Assembly: GCA_963710645.1 (NCBI GenBank)
Contig: CAVQBD010000009.1
Location: 1,679,338-1,743,337, forward strand
Reading direction: 5' to 3'
DNA length: 64,000 bases
DNA from: an uncultured Holophagae bacterium
Lineage (GTDB): Bacteria > Acidobacteriota > Thermoanaerobaculia > Thermoanaerobaculales > Sulfomarinibacteraceae
Shown: positions 48,536 through 59,134 of the stretch, one piece after another
How positions within the stretch are numbered: position 1 is the first letter of the stretch
Layout of the letters: every line of letters begins with the position of its first letter
Position numbers and translations under genes: made by a program
Notes under the pieces: model-generated
The model's database searches: none
The model's input: the letters and a program-made list of their open reading frames with translations, nothing else
Told to the model about the DNA's origin: nothing

Positions 48536-50999
48536 CTAGGCCTTGATGCGCTCCATCTTCGGGTCGTACATGGGTCGCAGCGAAACCTCGCGCCGGGTAA
48601 CGGGTGCCGGCGATGTCGATCTGCCACTCGCCCTCTTGCAGGTAGGCCTTGTTGATGGGCTCGCCGGCCTCGATCATGGCCAGACCCACGGCGCCACCGA
48701 GGGTGTGGCCGTAGCTGGCCGCGCGGATATAGCCCACCGCCTTGTTGTTTCGATACACCACCTCGGCGTGGTAGAGCAGCGGTTCGGGGTCCGAAACAAG
48801 CACCTGCAACAGACGACGGTTGTAGGCGGGCCCCTGCGCTTTCTTTTCGACGCAGTAGGCCTTGCCGATGAAGTCCGGCTTGGACAGATCCACGACGAAT
48901 CCGAGACCGGTCTCGTAGGCATCGTCGGTGTTGTCGATGTCGTGACCGTAATCGCGATAGCCCTTTTCCATGCGCAGGCTGCCCAGGGCTCTGAGACCGG
49001 CGTGGCGGAGACCGAAGTTCGCACCCGCCTCGACCACGCGGTCGTAGACGTACACGGCCTGTTCCGCGGGGATGTTGAGCTCGTAGCCGAGCTCGCCGAC
49101 ATAGGTGATGCGGTTGCATTGCACCCGCGCGAAGCCGATGTCGATCTCGCGCGCGGTGCGAAAGGGGAAGGCCTCGTTGGACAGATCCGCCGAGGTGATG
49201 GACTGCAGCAGCTCGCGGGATTTGGGGCCTTGCACGTTGAGCTGGCCAATGCCGCCGGTGATGTCGGTGACGAAGCAATGGGCGTCTGATGGGATATGAC
49301 GCCTGAGCCAGGTTTCCACGTGGCGGTGCATGGTGTCGGTGACCACCACGATGAAATGATCCTCGGCCAGCTTGGTCACGGTGACGTCGGCCTCGAGCAT
49401 TCCTCGCTCGTTGAGCCATTGGGTGTAGGTGATGGTCTCCACCGGACCGTTGACGCTGTTGGCCGAGATGTGGTCGAGCACCCTTCCGGCGTCGCGTCCC
49501 TGGACCAGGAACTTGCCCATGAAGGTCATGTCCATGGCGATGACGCCCTCGCGGCAGGCCCTGTGCTCCGATTCCCAATATGGGAACCAGTTCTGACGTC
49601 CCCAGGAGAGCTTCTCGACCTTGGGTTCGCGACCCTCCGGCGCGAACCAGGCGGGGCTTTCCCAGCCGCTCACGTCGGTGAAGTAGGCGCGCTGATCCTG
49701 CAGACGATCGTGGAACGGCGAGCGCTTGCAGTCGCGGGCGGTCTGGGGCACGCGGGTCGGGTAGTGGCGCCGGTAGACCATCCCGAGCGTCTCGACGACC
49801 CGTGTCTTGCGATATTCGGGATTGCACTGATAGGGGTGGAAGCGATCCACATTGATGCCTGTGATGTCGGCGCCCGGGTCGCCGGTGGTGATCCACTGGG
49901 CCATGATCTTGCCGAGGCCGCCTGCCGGTGATGATGCCGATGGAGTTGAGCCCCGCGGCGACGAAGTAGTTCTCGATCTCCGGCGCCTCGCCGAAGGCCA
50001 CGCCCATGTCGGGGGTGAAGCTCTCCGGACCGCAGAAGAACTTCCTGATGCCGACCTCGGTCGAGATGGGGATGCGGCTCATGGCCTTTTCGAGGAAGGG
50101 CGTCATGCGATCCCAGTCGGGCTCGATTTCGCCAAAGGAGAAATCATCGGGGACGCCGTTCACCTTCCAGGGGGCGCAGACCGGCTCAAAGAGGCCGATC
50201 ATCAGACCGCCGCCTTCTTCTCGGTAGTAGCCGTGACAGGAGGGATCCTCGATGATGGGAAGCTCGCGCGTCATTTCCTCGATGGGCTCGGTGATGAGGT
50301 AGTAGTGCTCGGTGGACTGGTTCGGGATGCTGACGCCGTTGAGGGCGCCGAGCTGTCTGGCCCACATGCCGGCGCAATTGACCACGAATTCCGCCTCGAT
50401 CGTACCGAGGGTCGTGGTCACGCCGGTGGCGCGGCCGGTTGGAGGTGGTGACGCCCGTGACCGACACGCCCTCGATGATCTTCACGCCCTGTTGGCGCGC
50501 GCCTTTGGCCAGGGCCATGGTGGCGTCCACGGGATTGACGCGCCCGTCCTGCTGCAAATAAAAGCCCGCCTCGATGTCGTCCACCCTGGCCAGGGGGAAG
50601 AGCCTCTTGATCTCGTCGGGGCCGATCTCCTCGACGTCGTTGCCGCAGAATCGGTTGAAGGCCGCGACCCGGCGATACTCCTCCACGCGGTCCGAGTCCG
50701 CGGCCAGCTCGATGAAGCCCAGCGGCTCGAAGCCGGTGCTCGAGCCCGGTCTCCGCCTCGAGGCGGCCGTAGAGATCGCGCGTGTACATGCGCATCTCCA
50801 CCGAGGTCTCCGAGGTCGAGCCGAAGGTGGTCATCAGGCCCGCCGCGTGCCAGGTCGTGCCCGAGGTGAGCTGGTCGCGCTCGATGAGGACCACGTCGCT
50901 CCAGCCGAGGTGGCCGAGGTGATAGGCGATGGAGCAACCGATGACGCCGCCGCCGATGATGACGACGCGAGCTTGTCGAGGAAATCCCTGATCAGCCAA
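48536..50999 (-). pseudogene. Dimethylglycine/sarcosine dehydrogenase-like gene (FAD DAO domain + GcvT aminomethyltransferase domain) interrupted by four +1 insertions
   Basis: Homologous text runs across four successive frames. Frame 1: MADQG..VVIIGGGVIGCSIAYHL..TSGTTWHAAGL..EAETGL. Frame 2: TGFEPLGFIELAADSDRVEEYRRV..IIEGVSVTGVTTSN. Frame 3: GRATGVTTTLGTIEAEFVVNCAGMW..GLNSIGIITG. Frame 4: GGLGKIMAQWITTGDP..IDIAGTRYPAR. Frame 5: VSLRPMYDPKMERIKA-stop. Frame offsets of the track ORFs relative to 50999 are 0, 1, 2, 0, 1. The span is 2464 nt = 820 codons + 4 nt. Confidence 0.8.
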
Positions 51000-51053
51000 C
51001 CCGCCTCCCTTGGTGAGGCCGCCCGGACCTCCATGGGTATGGTAAACCGTACG

Positions 51054-52499
51054 TCAATTCACGACCGGTATCCAGCGGTTGAGATCGCCGAACAAAAACC
51101 CGTCGGCGAACAGCGGCGCAGGACAGGTCGCGACAAAGATCTCGATGCTGGCGTCCGGATTCTCGCCCGTGAGGTCCGCGGTGGACCGGATGGACACGAT
51201 CTCCGGGTTGGTCTGCACCCTGCCCAGGTTGAGCCCGTTGGTAACCAGGATCTGCGACCTCGAGGTGCCGAGATCGTGGACCGTGATGAGGCTGCCCTGC
51301 AGGGCAGCCACCCGCGTGCCGGTGGCGTCCATGGAGGACGCTCCGGATCCGCCTCCGGGATCGGGCATGTCCACAAAGGCGCCGGTGTCGCGATCGTGGA
51401 CCATCAGGCCCGGAATGCCGGTCGTGTTTCCGAAGTCGGGACTGGTTGTGAAAAATGCGATTTTCGTCCCGTCCGCCGACACCGCGGGTGACCAGTTGTC
51501 GCCCGCAGTGGTCTGTGTGATCTGACGCAGCGTGCCGGATGCGATCTCGAGGTGGTACACCTCTTCGTTGAGGTCGGAGTTGAGCCCCACGAGGTTCTCT
51601 TCGCTGGACAGAACCACGAAGTGTCCATCGGCGCTGACATTCCATGACCACGCCAGGGACTGGAGTTGGGTGAGCTGCGAGATATGACCGCTCGCCACCT
51701 CGACCATGAAGAGCTGTGTTCGGGTTTCCGGGTTGCCGCCCGTGAAGTCGTTCGAGGAGCTGAAAATGACGCGGTCGCCGGCCCGTGTGATCTGCGGTCC
51801 GTGGTTTCCGTATTCGGTGCTCTGGGTCAGCTGCGTCTCGGTGCCGCCAAGACGGTCATACAGCATGATTTCGCGGTTGCCGTCGGGGTTCTGACCCAGT
51901 GGGTCGCACTCCGATTCGTACACCACGAGGCCGCCGTCACCATTCACCTGCGGATTGCCGGTTAAGCATCCTTCTTCGCCGATGGCGATGAGCTCTGACG
52001 ACACCAGGTCTTCAAGGTAGGTGCCGCCCGGGTTGAGGGTGTACGCAATCCAGCGCGCGTCGTGGCTGACGCTGCCGAAGCCGGCGTAGTCCACACCCGA
52101 GGTGGTGTCTGTGATCTGACGGATCGAACACGAGATGGGCGGGCCGTTCTGGTTCACGATGTGGGTTGCCCTGCCGCCGACGCCGATGGTCCCCTGGCGA
52201 AAATTCTCGGCGGCTGCCACCTCATAGCTCACGCTTCCGTTGCCGTACCCGGTGGAACCCGAAGTGATCGTGATCCATGGTTGGAAGGTCACGGCCCCCC
52301 ATGGGCAGTTCGGGACCGATGTTTGTACTGTGAAGAAACCGACCCCCCCGCCCGAGCCGTAGCTCGAGGTCGCGGGACTGATGGTGATGGTGCACGGATC
52401 CATGGGATCAGCGGCGAGTGATGCAGTTGACCAGGAAATCAGTGCGGCAATACACAGCGCACAGCTCAGACCCAGCATCGTGAATCGGTTCTCCGACAT
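51054..52499 (-). CDS. Secreted protein: N-terminal BACON-like all-beta module plus PD40-type propeller repeats
   Basis: 481 aa. SD GAGGAGG. Signal peptide (LSCALCIAALISWSTASLA). CTITISPATSSYGSGGGVGFFTVQTSVPNCPWGAVTFQPWITITSGSTGYGNGSVSYEV, followed by propeller repeats. C-terminus APLFADGFLFGDLNRWIPVVN. Confidence 0.8.
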   Translation of the reverse strand: MSENRFTMLGLSCALCIAALISWSTASLAADPMDPCTITISPATSSYGSGGGVGFFTVQTSVPNCPWGAVTFQPWITITSGSTGYGNGSVSYEVAAAENFRQGTIGVGGRATHIVNQNGPPISCSIRQITDTTSGVDYAGFGSVSHDARWIAYTLNPGGTYLEDLVSSELIAIGEEGCLTGNPQVNGDGGLVVYESECDPLGQNPDGNREIMLYDRLGGTETQLTQSTEYGNHGPQITRAGDRVIFSSSNDFTGGNPETRTQLFMVEVASGHISQLTQLQSLAWSWNVSADGHFVVLSSEENLVGLNSDLNEEVYHLEIASGTLRQITQTTAGDNWSPAVSADGTKIAFFTTSPDFGNTTGIPGLMVHDRDTGAFVDMPDPGGGSGASSMDATGTRVAALQGSLITVHDLGTSRSQILVTNGLNLGRVQTNPEIVSIRSTADLTGENPDASIEIFVATCPAPLFADGFLFGDLNRWIPVVN

Positions 52500-52740
52500 C
52501 GTCGGCCTCCTCGGAGGACACCCCTGTCAATTTAGACGGCTTTGCCGGATGGCACCACCTTTTTGTGGGCGTCGCGAGCGGCGACACACAGGAGGTTGTG
52601 TTGGGCGCCCATGGGGTGTGCTCCCATGGGCGGCGGAGTGCCGGCTGCCGCGGCATCAGACAAGAACCGGCGAACCACCGGTCACGCGATATCCGGTGCC
52701 GGCCTTGCGTGGAGACCCTGGGGCCGCTGTCCCCTTCGCC

Positions 52741-53040
52741 CTATTCCCTGAGCGCCTCGAGTACGCGGTAGACCTCGATGTGTGGCTCTCCCTCCGCCTG
52801 ATACGACTCGGCGATGGTCGCTCGGAGTTCTGAATCGCGATAGGCATTGAACGCGTCCTGGGACTCCCAGAGATACAGTCCAGCGTACTCTCCGGTGACC
52901 GCGTCCTGGAGATAGTATTTTTGTTGCAATCCTTGCAGCGCTCTGAACTCCGGCGCCCGCTCCTCCATGACCTGCCTCACCTCGTCGGGCGGGAGCGCGG
53001 ATCGGAATCGGACAAGAAGCATCAGGACGGGTTCATTCAT
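52741..53040 (-). CDS. Small dimeric alpha/beta-barrel protein (ABM / YdhR-like putative monooxygenase)
   Basis: 99 aa. SD GGAGGA. YYLQDAVTGEYAGLYLWESQDAFNAY resembles the YdhR family core. Confidence 0.7.
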   Translation of the reverse strand: MNEPVLMLLVRFRSALPPDEVRQVMEERAPEFRALQGLQQKYYLQDAVTGEYAGLYLWESQDAFNAYRDSELRATIAESYQAEGEPHIEVYRVLEALRE

Positions 53041-53139
53041 TTCATGTCCTCCGACGGGTGATCGATACCCGAGATTTTGGATGAGTATAGAACGGGTGAA
53101 GGAGGTCGTTCTGAGGCGCGACGTCGCAGTGAGCTCGAT

Positions 53140-54290
53140 TCAGGGCCGCACGGCGGCCGCCGCGAGAGCCGCCAGTGCCGTGGCCAGCGCGGCTCCAACC
53201 GCGTAGACCAGGCGAAATCCTCCGGCCGCATACACGGCAGTCATGATCACAGGTCCGAGAGTCTGGCCGAGCCGCAGCACGGTCCCGTTGAGGGACATGA
53301 ATGCGGCCCGCTGGTCGTCGGGTGCGAGAGCCGCCACCAGTGACATGACCACGGGGATCGTGGTGGCGAAGGCGAAGCCGAGCAGGACCGCGGGGATCGC
53401 GAGCGCCGCTGTGAACGGGGCGAACGGGATGGCCGCGAGGCCGAGGGCGAAGGAGAGGAGCCCGATCTGCAGCAATCTCGGTTCGGGGACCCGTGCGGAC
53501 AACCGTCCGAGTTGGGACGATACAACCGCGTTGACGGCCGACAGCGAGGTCATGATCATGCCGATAACCAGCGGCGATGACTGGAATTTGTCGGCCATGT
53601 AGAGCGGCAGGAAGGTGATGTAGGCGCCGTACAGCAAGACGAAAATACCGCAGCTGCAGGTGTAGAGCACCAAAACCGGCGGTCGGCGGATCTCCCGCCA
53701 CACGCCGCCGAGGTACGCCCCCAGACGTTGCGTTCGAATCACAGGGGGCTCGTGGAGACGGGTCGCCACCAGGGCTGCGACGGGCAGCGCCAGGATCGGG
53801 AGCGCGAACGGCCAGTGCCATCCGATCATGGCGAGCCCGCCGCCGAGAAGCGGGTAGGTGGCGGTTCCGATCGACAGAACGCTCGCGTTATAACCCATTG
53901 CCGTGGTGCGCTGACGGCCCTGGAAGAGGTCGCCGACGAGGGTGAGGTTGATGGACGCAAGGGCGGCCGCCCCAACCCCCTGAAGCAGGCGGAGGACGAG
54001 CAGGGGGTGCAGGCCTTGAGCCAGGCTGCAGGCACCGCCGGCGATACCAAACAACACCGGCGACGGCACCAGTACCCGCTTGCGCCCAAATCGATCGGCG
54101 GCAATGCCGAGCAGCGGGGTCAAAATCACGCCGGGCAGCGTGAACATCGTGATGACGAACCCGATCTGATGGACCGGCACACCGAGCGCGACGCGGAGCT
54201 GAGGCAGCGCGGGCCGATGCTGGCGACGCCGAGAACCGCCATCAGGGTCACGGCGAACAGGACTCGCCGCTCGCTGGGCCGCGCTCGGAT
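53140..54290 (-). pseudogene. MFS transporter with at least one 1-nt deletion near the 5' end
   Basis: From LPQLRVALGVPVHQIGFVITMF..GIAADRFGRKRV onward the text is a normal 12-TM MFS. TM1 (RRVLFAVTLMAVLGVASIGP) is encoded in a different frame, and the switch occurs near 54210 (ATCGGCCCGCGCTGCCT). In the TM1 frame a TAA at 54291..54293 leaves no good start codon. Confidence 0.7.
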
Positions 54291-54568
54291 TTATCGGCGT
54301 CGCCGCGACCCGCGGTGACGTACCGATCTTCGAAAACGAGAGCGGGATCGTCGCCGGTGGTATCGGCGGGCGCTTCCTCTTCCGGCCCCAGGACAGCCTG
54401 TGGGTCGGCATCGATGTCGCGAAGGGACCCGAGGACTACGTGCTGTACGTCGTGGCCGGTCACAAGTGGTGAGAGTGGGAGGGCTCCTTTAACAGCTGTC
54501 GGGGGCTGATACAGCAACAGATGTATAACGGAACCCTTGGGCGGCTCAGGTTCGAAGTTTCGGTCGCC

Positions 54569-56944
54569 TCAGGTTTTTTCCCCAGCCTGCGTGGAACGCA
54601 CCATGGCCTCCGTCGCCTCGAGCTCTTCCGCCTCTTTTTCGCGGCCCTGCTCGCGCAGGAAGCCTGCGAACTCCTCGACCACCATGATCCGATTCGGATT
54701 GTCCGGCACCACGGTCGCGCTGAAGATGGCGAGGCTGCGGCGGAAGAGCTGCTCCGCCTCACTGGTCCGGCCGAGCTGCCGGTTGATGCGGGCCAGGTTG
54801 TGGAGACTGGTGCCGACGGAGGGGTGGTCGGGACCCAGGGCCTTCTCCCGGATCGCCAACGCTTCGAGGCACATGGCCTCGGCCTCCTCGAGTCGGCCCA
54901 GATAAATGTACACGCCTCCGAGGTTGTCGAGGGCGCGGGCGACGCTCGGATGGTCGGCACCCAAAGAGCTTCGGCGGAGTTCTATTGACCTGAGGTGCGG
55001 CGGCACCGCCTCTTCGAATCGACCCATTTCCGCGTACAGGTTCGCGAGGTTCCCCAAAGTGAAGGCGAGGGCGGGATGGTCCTCGCCGAGAACTCTTTCT
55101 TTGATCTCCAGCGTGTGTCGAAACAACGCCTCCGATTCCTCGAACTGACCGAGCATCTTGAGATCAATGGCGAGGTTATTTCGAGCCTCGCAGGTTTTGG
55201 GGTGATCCTCTCCGAGCTCCTTCTCCAGGATGGCCAACACGCTTCGGAAAATGGGCTCTGCTTCTTCCACCCGGCCCTGCCTGGCCATGAGGATCGCCAT
55301 GGTGGCCAAACCGTTCGCCGTGAAGACGTGATCCGGCCCAACCTCGGCCTCGTAGATGGCTTGGGCTCGTTGCACGAATGAGGTGGCCTCATCGAGTCTG
55401 CCGGTACGTTGGCTCAGGTTGCTGAGGTTGAGCAGGGTGTGGGCCACCTCGATGCTCTCCGGACCGAGGGCACGCTCGCGCAGCTCCAACGCCCGGGTGA
55501 GAAGTGTCTCGGCCTTGCCGAGATCTCCTGCGCTGAGGTTGGTGGCCCCGAGGTCGTTGAGGGCTGCGGCCACCTCGGGGTGTTCCTCGCCGAGCTCCGT
55601 TGTGCGGATCTTGATGGCCTCCTCGAGAAACGGGATCGCCTCGGCCCAGAGGCCCATCGCCCGGTAGACCTTGGCGATGGTCATGAGCAGAACCGCGCGA
55701 GTCAGGGGTTGTTCCTCGAGTTCTCCTGAGATGCGCTCGGCGCCACGCTGCAGTATTTCCTCCGCGCTCGAAGATGCGCCCCGCGCTTGCTCTGGGTTCG
55801 ACTCCTCGAAGAGACCCACCAGAAAATCCGACACCTCCTGGGCCGCCATGGCCTCCCGGTTGGCCCGTTCCGCCTCCCGGGACGCACGCACCGACTGGAG
55901 CGTCATCCCGCCGGCAAGCACGGCAAGGGCGAGCCACACGGCGGCCACCAAAGCCCTCCTGCGTCTTCGTTTCGGCCGGTCGATGATGGATTGCAGCTGG
56001 GCCAGGGCGTCCACCGAGGAGGGGCGCGCCCCGGGAGCAAGAGTCTTGAGGCGTTCGATCAACGCCGTCAGGTCGGCCGGGAGCCCGGTGACAGGAAGCG
56101 TTTGGCCCTCGGCCGTCTTGAGGATAAGTCCCCTCGCACCTATGCCGCGGTCCAAGGGAGGTGACCCGGTGAACAGCTCCTGCAGGATCAGACCCGCCGA
56201 GTACATGTCGCTAGCGGCGGTGGCCGGCTCGGCCCGCGCCTGCTCCGGGCTCATGTAGCCCAGAGTGCCGATGAGCGTTCCACGGGTCGTCTTCACCTGG
56301 GTCGACATCGCGTGGTCCGAGTCTCGCGCCCGATCCTCTGAGTCGGCCTGGGACTCGAGCTCGGTGAGGTTGATGGTGGGCGCCTGCGAGAACACAGCCG
56401 CGTCCTCGTCCACCGATCGCGCCAGCCCGAAGTCCAGGACCGCGATCTCGCCGTCGGGCTTGACCATGATGTTCTCGGGCTTCAGGTCGCGGTGGATCAC
56501 ACCCTGGCCGTGCACCGCCACCAGGACCTCGAGCAGCTGGCGGGCGATGCTCAGCTTTTGCCATTCGGAAAGCTGCGTCTTCATGGCCGCGCGCAGGTTT
56601 CTTCCCGGCACCAGCTCGAGCACCAGAAAATCGCTGCCCTCGCTCTCGATGAACTCGTGCACCGTGCAGATGTTGCGGTGGTTGATCTGGGACAGGATCC
56701 GCGCTTCGCGAAGGAAACGGGCCTTGGCCTCGTCGTGCAAGCGGTGATCGCCGTGGATCGCCTTCACCGCGACCTTGCGGTTGAGGGTCTCGTCCTTGCC
56801 GACGTAGACCGTACCCATGCCGCCCCGGCCGAGCACATCGATGATCCGGATGCGCCCCACCGACTCGCCGACAAGGTCCGCCGCGCAGGATCTCACTTTT
56901 TCAATGATACTCGAGAAGGTGTCAACCGGACGTGGCCCATTCAT
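54569..56944 (-). CDS. Ser/Thr protein kinase with one TM and a C-terminal TPR domain
   Basis: GRGGMGTVYVG, VAVKAI, HRDLKPENIMV, DFGLAR and GTLGYMSPEQ (Hanks kinase subdomains). One TM (ALVAAVWLALAVLAGGM). About 420 aa of TPR repeats. Confidence 0.9.
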   Translation of the reverse strand: MNGPRPVDTFSSIIEKVRSCAADLVGESVGRIRIIDVLGRGGMGTVYVGKDETLNRKVAVKAIHGDHRLHDEAKARFLREARILSQINHRNICTVHEFIESEGSDFLVLELVPGRNLRAAMKTQLSEWQKLSIARQLLEVLVAVHGQGVIHRDLKPENIMVKPDGEIAVLDFGLARSVDEDAAVFSQAPTINLTELESQADSEDRARDSDHAMSTQVKTTRGTLIGTLGYMSPEQARAEPATAASDMYSAGLILQELFTGSPPLDRGIGARGLILKTAEGQTLPVTGLPADLTALIERLKTLAPGARPSSVDALAQLQSIIDRPKRRRRRALVAAVWLALAVLAGGMTLQSVRASREAERANREAMAAQEVSDFLVGLFEESNPEQARGASSSAEEILQRGAERISGELEEQPLTRAVLLMTIAKVYRAMGLWAEAIPFLEEAIKIRTTELGEEHPEVAAALNDLGATNLSAGDLGKAETLLTRALELRERALGPESIEVAHTLLNLSNLSQRTGRLDEATSFVQRAQAIYEAEVGPDHVFTANGLATMAILMARQGRVEEAEPIFRSVLAILEKELGEDHPKTCEARNNLAIDLKMLGQFEESEALFRHTLEIKERVLGEDHPALAFTLGNLANLYAEMGRFEEAVPPHLRSIELRRSSLGADHPSVARALDNLGGVYIYLGRLEEAEAMCLEALAIREKALGPDHPSVGTSLHNLARINRQLGRTSEAEQLFRRSLAIFSATVVPDNPNRIMVVEEFAGFLREQGREKEAEELEATEAMVRSTQAGEKT

Positions 56945-56998
56945 TCAACAGAATTCGCCCCAGATCGGCTGTGACGATGGCACGCGGAGTCGCCGACC

Positions 56999-57508
56999 TC
57001 ACCTGGGTTTCGAAAACACGACCCCGCGCTGCTCGAGGACTCCCAGGATCCGCTCCAAGTCTCTCCTCTCCACATGGACCTCGCCGGAAAACCGGTCGGA
57101 GAGGTGGACATTCCAAAATCGACGGAGAGGGCTCGTCTTGGCCATCGTTTTGAAGTACTTGAATCCGTGCTTCATCGGGACGACTCGGCTCAGCTGATCC
57201 CAGTGGAAGACATCCTTGAACTGGCCAGGGTTCTTCTTTTTGATGGATCGTTTTTCGATCCCGAGATCCGTCAACTGATACTCGACTTTCTCCAGGACGC
57301 TCGGGGTGGCTGCGCCAACGGCGCCCAACGCTGCGATGACCAGTGCCTTCACCGCCTCTGTCGAGTCAAAGATGAAATAAGCCATTGCGATGAAGGCCGC
57401 GGCGACTGCAGCAAGGTAGGCCACCACGACCGGTGGAGCCTTGCGTGCCGACCAGCGCTCCAGGACCTCCGAAGCGTCGCGGTTCGTGGCTGACGCGCCA
57501 CCCTCCAT
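56999..57508 (-). CDS. Hypothetical 2-TM membrane protein
   Basis: ATG 57508 is preceded by GGGAGAGGGGA; the track start at 57523 lacks an SD. Two TM segments (VVVAYLAAVAAAFIAMAYFIF, ALVIAALGAVGAA), then a basic soluble tail. 54 nt upstream of the kinase gene, on the same strand. Confidence 0.55.
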   Translation of the reverse strand: MEGGASATNRDASEVLERWSARKAPPVVVAYLAAVAAAFIAMAYFIFDSTEAVKALVIAALGAVGAATPSVLEKVEYQLTDLGIEKRSIKKKNPGQFKDVFHWDQLSRVVPMKHGFKYFKTMAKTSPLRRFWNVHLSDRFSGEVHVERRDLERILGVLEQRGVVFSKPR

Positions 57509-57809
57509 TGTCCCCTCTCCCATTTTGAGCCTGTCAACCAGATACTATCATCGTCCTTCCGGGTGAGGGTGAGGGGGCCCGTGCCCGAAAAAAACACACA
57601 GGTATGTTACGTCGAGGTTGAGATTGACGGAAAACAGGGGCAGCAGCGCCAACGGCTGCCCATGTGGAACCCGATGCACCCAACGGCGGGCAGGCCCTCG
57701 AGGTGGGATCGGTCTTCACCGCAACCTGGCCCGCTCATTCACCAGGTTTTGTTCGCGCTTCCCGAAGATGGCGCACAGCTTCGTCCACCGTACCAGGGAT
57801 AGGACAGGG

Positions 57810-58505
57810 TCAGTCCTTCGCCCGGGCGAAAAGCGCTTCGGCGTGGCAGCGAGCGGTGTCTATGAGTGGTACCGGAAGATCGTCGGCCGTGAGCACGAGG
57901 GGAATCTCGGTGCAGCCGAGGATGACCGCGTCGAGACCATTGTCTTCAATGTGGCGGCGGCAGATCTCCAGATAGGTTTCGCGCAGCTCGGGCGTGACCT
58001 TGCCCGTTGCGAGGTCCTCGTAGATCGACCGGTTGATGAAGCGGCGTTCTTCTTCGTTGGGAGTCACGATGTCGATCCCTCCGGCCGCGAACGCTTCCGG
58101 GTACATTGGCCCCTCCATCGTGGCCTTGGTGCCGAGCAGGAGGGCGCGCCGCACGCCGACTTCACGGGCCCGCTCCATGGTGGCGTCGACAATGTTGACC
58201 AGGGGCAGAGTGGTCCGTGATTGAATCCGATCGAAGAAGATGTGCGGTGTGTTGGCGGTCAGTCCCCCCACCTCGGCGCCGGCCCCGCGCAGCCTCTCCA
58301 ACACGTCGGCCAGAAGTTCAACCACCCGGTTTTCATCGCCCACGTCCTGATGGCCGACCATCTCGGCGAGGTCGATGCTGTAGATCAGCACGACAGGGTT
58401 GTGCAACGGGTTGTCCCAGCTCTGTCGGCCGAGATTGATGATCATCCGGTAGTAGGCCGAGGTGGACTCCGGCGTCATGCCGCCAACCAGACCGATCTTC
58501 TTCAT
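57810..58505 (-). CDS. Aspartate/glutamate racemase family protein
   Basis: MKKIGLVGGMTPESTSAYY and AVILGCTEIPLV are the two catalytic-site blocks of the Asp/Glu racemase family. SD AAGGGTGAGG before ATG 58505. Confidence 0.85.
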   Translation of the reverse strand: MKKIGLVGGMTPESTSAYYRMIINLGRQSWDNPLHNPVVLIYSIDLAEMVGHQDVGDENRVVELLADVLERLRGAGAEVGGLTANTPHIFFDRIQSRTTLPLVNIVDATMERAREVGVRRALLLGTKATMEGPMYPEAFAAGGIDIVTPNEEERRFINRSIYEDLATGKVTPELRETYLEICRRHIEDNGLDAVILGCTEIPLVLTADDLPVPLIDTARCHAEALFARAKD

Positions 58506-58534
58506 CGCCTCACCCTTTCGCTGCGGACCGTTCC

Positions 58535-59134
58535 CTATTCTGACACCTCGGCTTCGTCCAAGGTGCCGGTGTCGCGGTCGGCAGCGAAGGAGAAGTGCAT
58601 TTGCACGATCAGCCACCGCCCCTCACGTTTCTCCAATACGCCGGTCCAGCGGGTGTCCTTCCAACATCCGGGCTCGCCGTCCCAGGTGTAGCAGTCATCG
58701 AGGATGGCCGAAAACCAGGCGACCTCGCCCGAGCGGGACAGGTGGCAGCGGAACTTCCTGACGTCAGTGCTGGTGGCCTCGAATCGCGGATCCATCCAAA
58801 GCTCAAATCCGCGCCCGAAGGCGGAGTAGCCGTGCACCCCGTCCAGACCGTCTGGGTGGAACGAGAAGTAATCTTCGTCATGGGCGATGATGCTTTCGAG
58901 CCTCGCCCGGTCCTTGGTCAGCGCCCAGGCGATGGAGTCGTAGACGGTCTCTTCGATCAGCTGCCGTTGTCGGGCGTTTTCAATCTCGATTCCCGGTGGC
59001 TCCTGGCCGAAGTAGGGGCCGGTGAGCGTGCCGGTCTCGCCTGCAGTAACGGAGTGGAATCCGGTGATCAAAAAACCGAGGGCGAGAAGAAACGAGGCGG
59101 CTTGGCGCAGGGGAACACGACAATCCTCAATCAT
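58535..59134 (-). CDS. Secreted NTF2-like (SnoaL/DUF4440-like) protein
   Basis: 199 aa. SD GGGAGGAG. Signal peptide (AASFLLALGFLITGFHSVTA). The core pattern ..VAWFSAILDDCYTWDGE..RWTGVLEKREGRWLIVQMHFS is typical of NTF2-like folds. Tentative. Confidence 0.6.
   Translation of the reverse strand: MIEDCRVPLRQAASFLLALGFLITGFHSVTAGETGTLTGPYFGQEPPGIEIENARQRQLIEETVYDSIAWALTKDRARLESIIAHDEDYFSFHPDGLDGVHGYSAFGRGFELWMDPRFEATSTDVRKFRCHLSRSGEVAWFSAILDDCYTWDGEPGCWKDTRWTGVLEKREGRWLIVQMHFSFAADRDTGTLDEAEVSE

Noticed and set aside
48084-49904. The 606-aa track ORF read as one gene (GcvT-like domain fused to a 4-TM tail).
   Set aside because: The native C-terminus (VSLRPMYDPKMERIKA-stop at 48536) is visible one frame over. 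The membrane part has its own GTG start with an AAGGAGG SD at 48440. The apparent fusion is a by-product of the fourth +1 insertion.
52608-52630. Two copies of the palindromic octamer CCCATGGG, 7 nt apart, upstream of 51054..52499.
   Set aside because: It is short and GC-rich, with no supporting promoter elements or further copies noticed. Recorded only as a curiosity.
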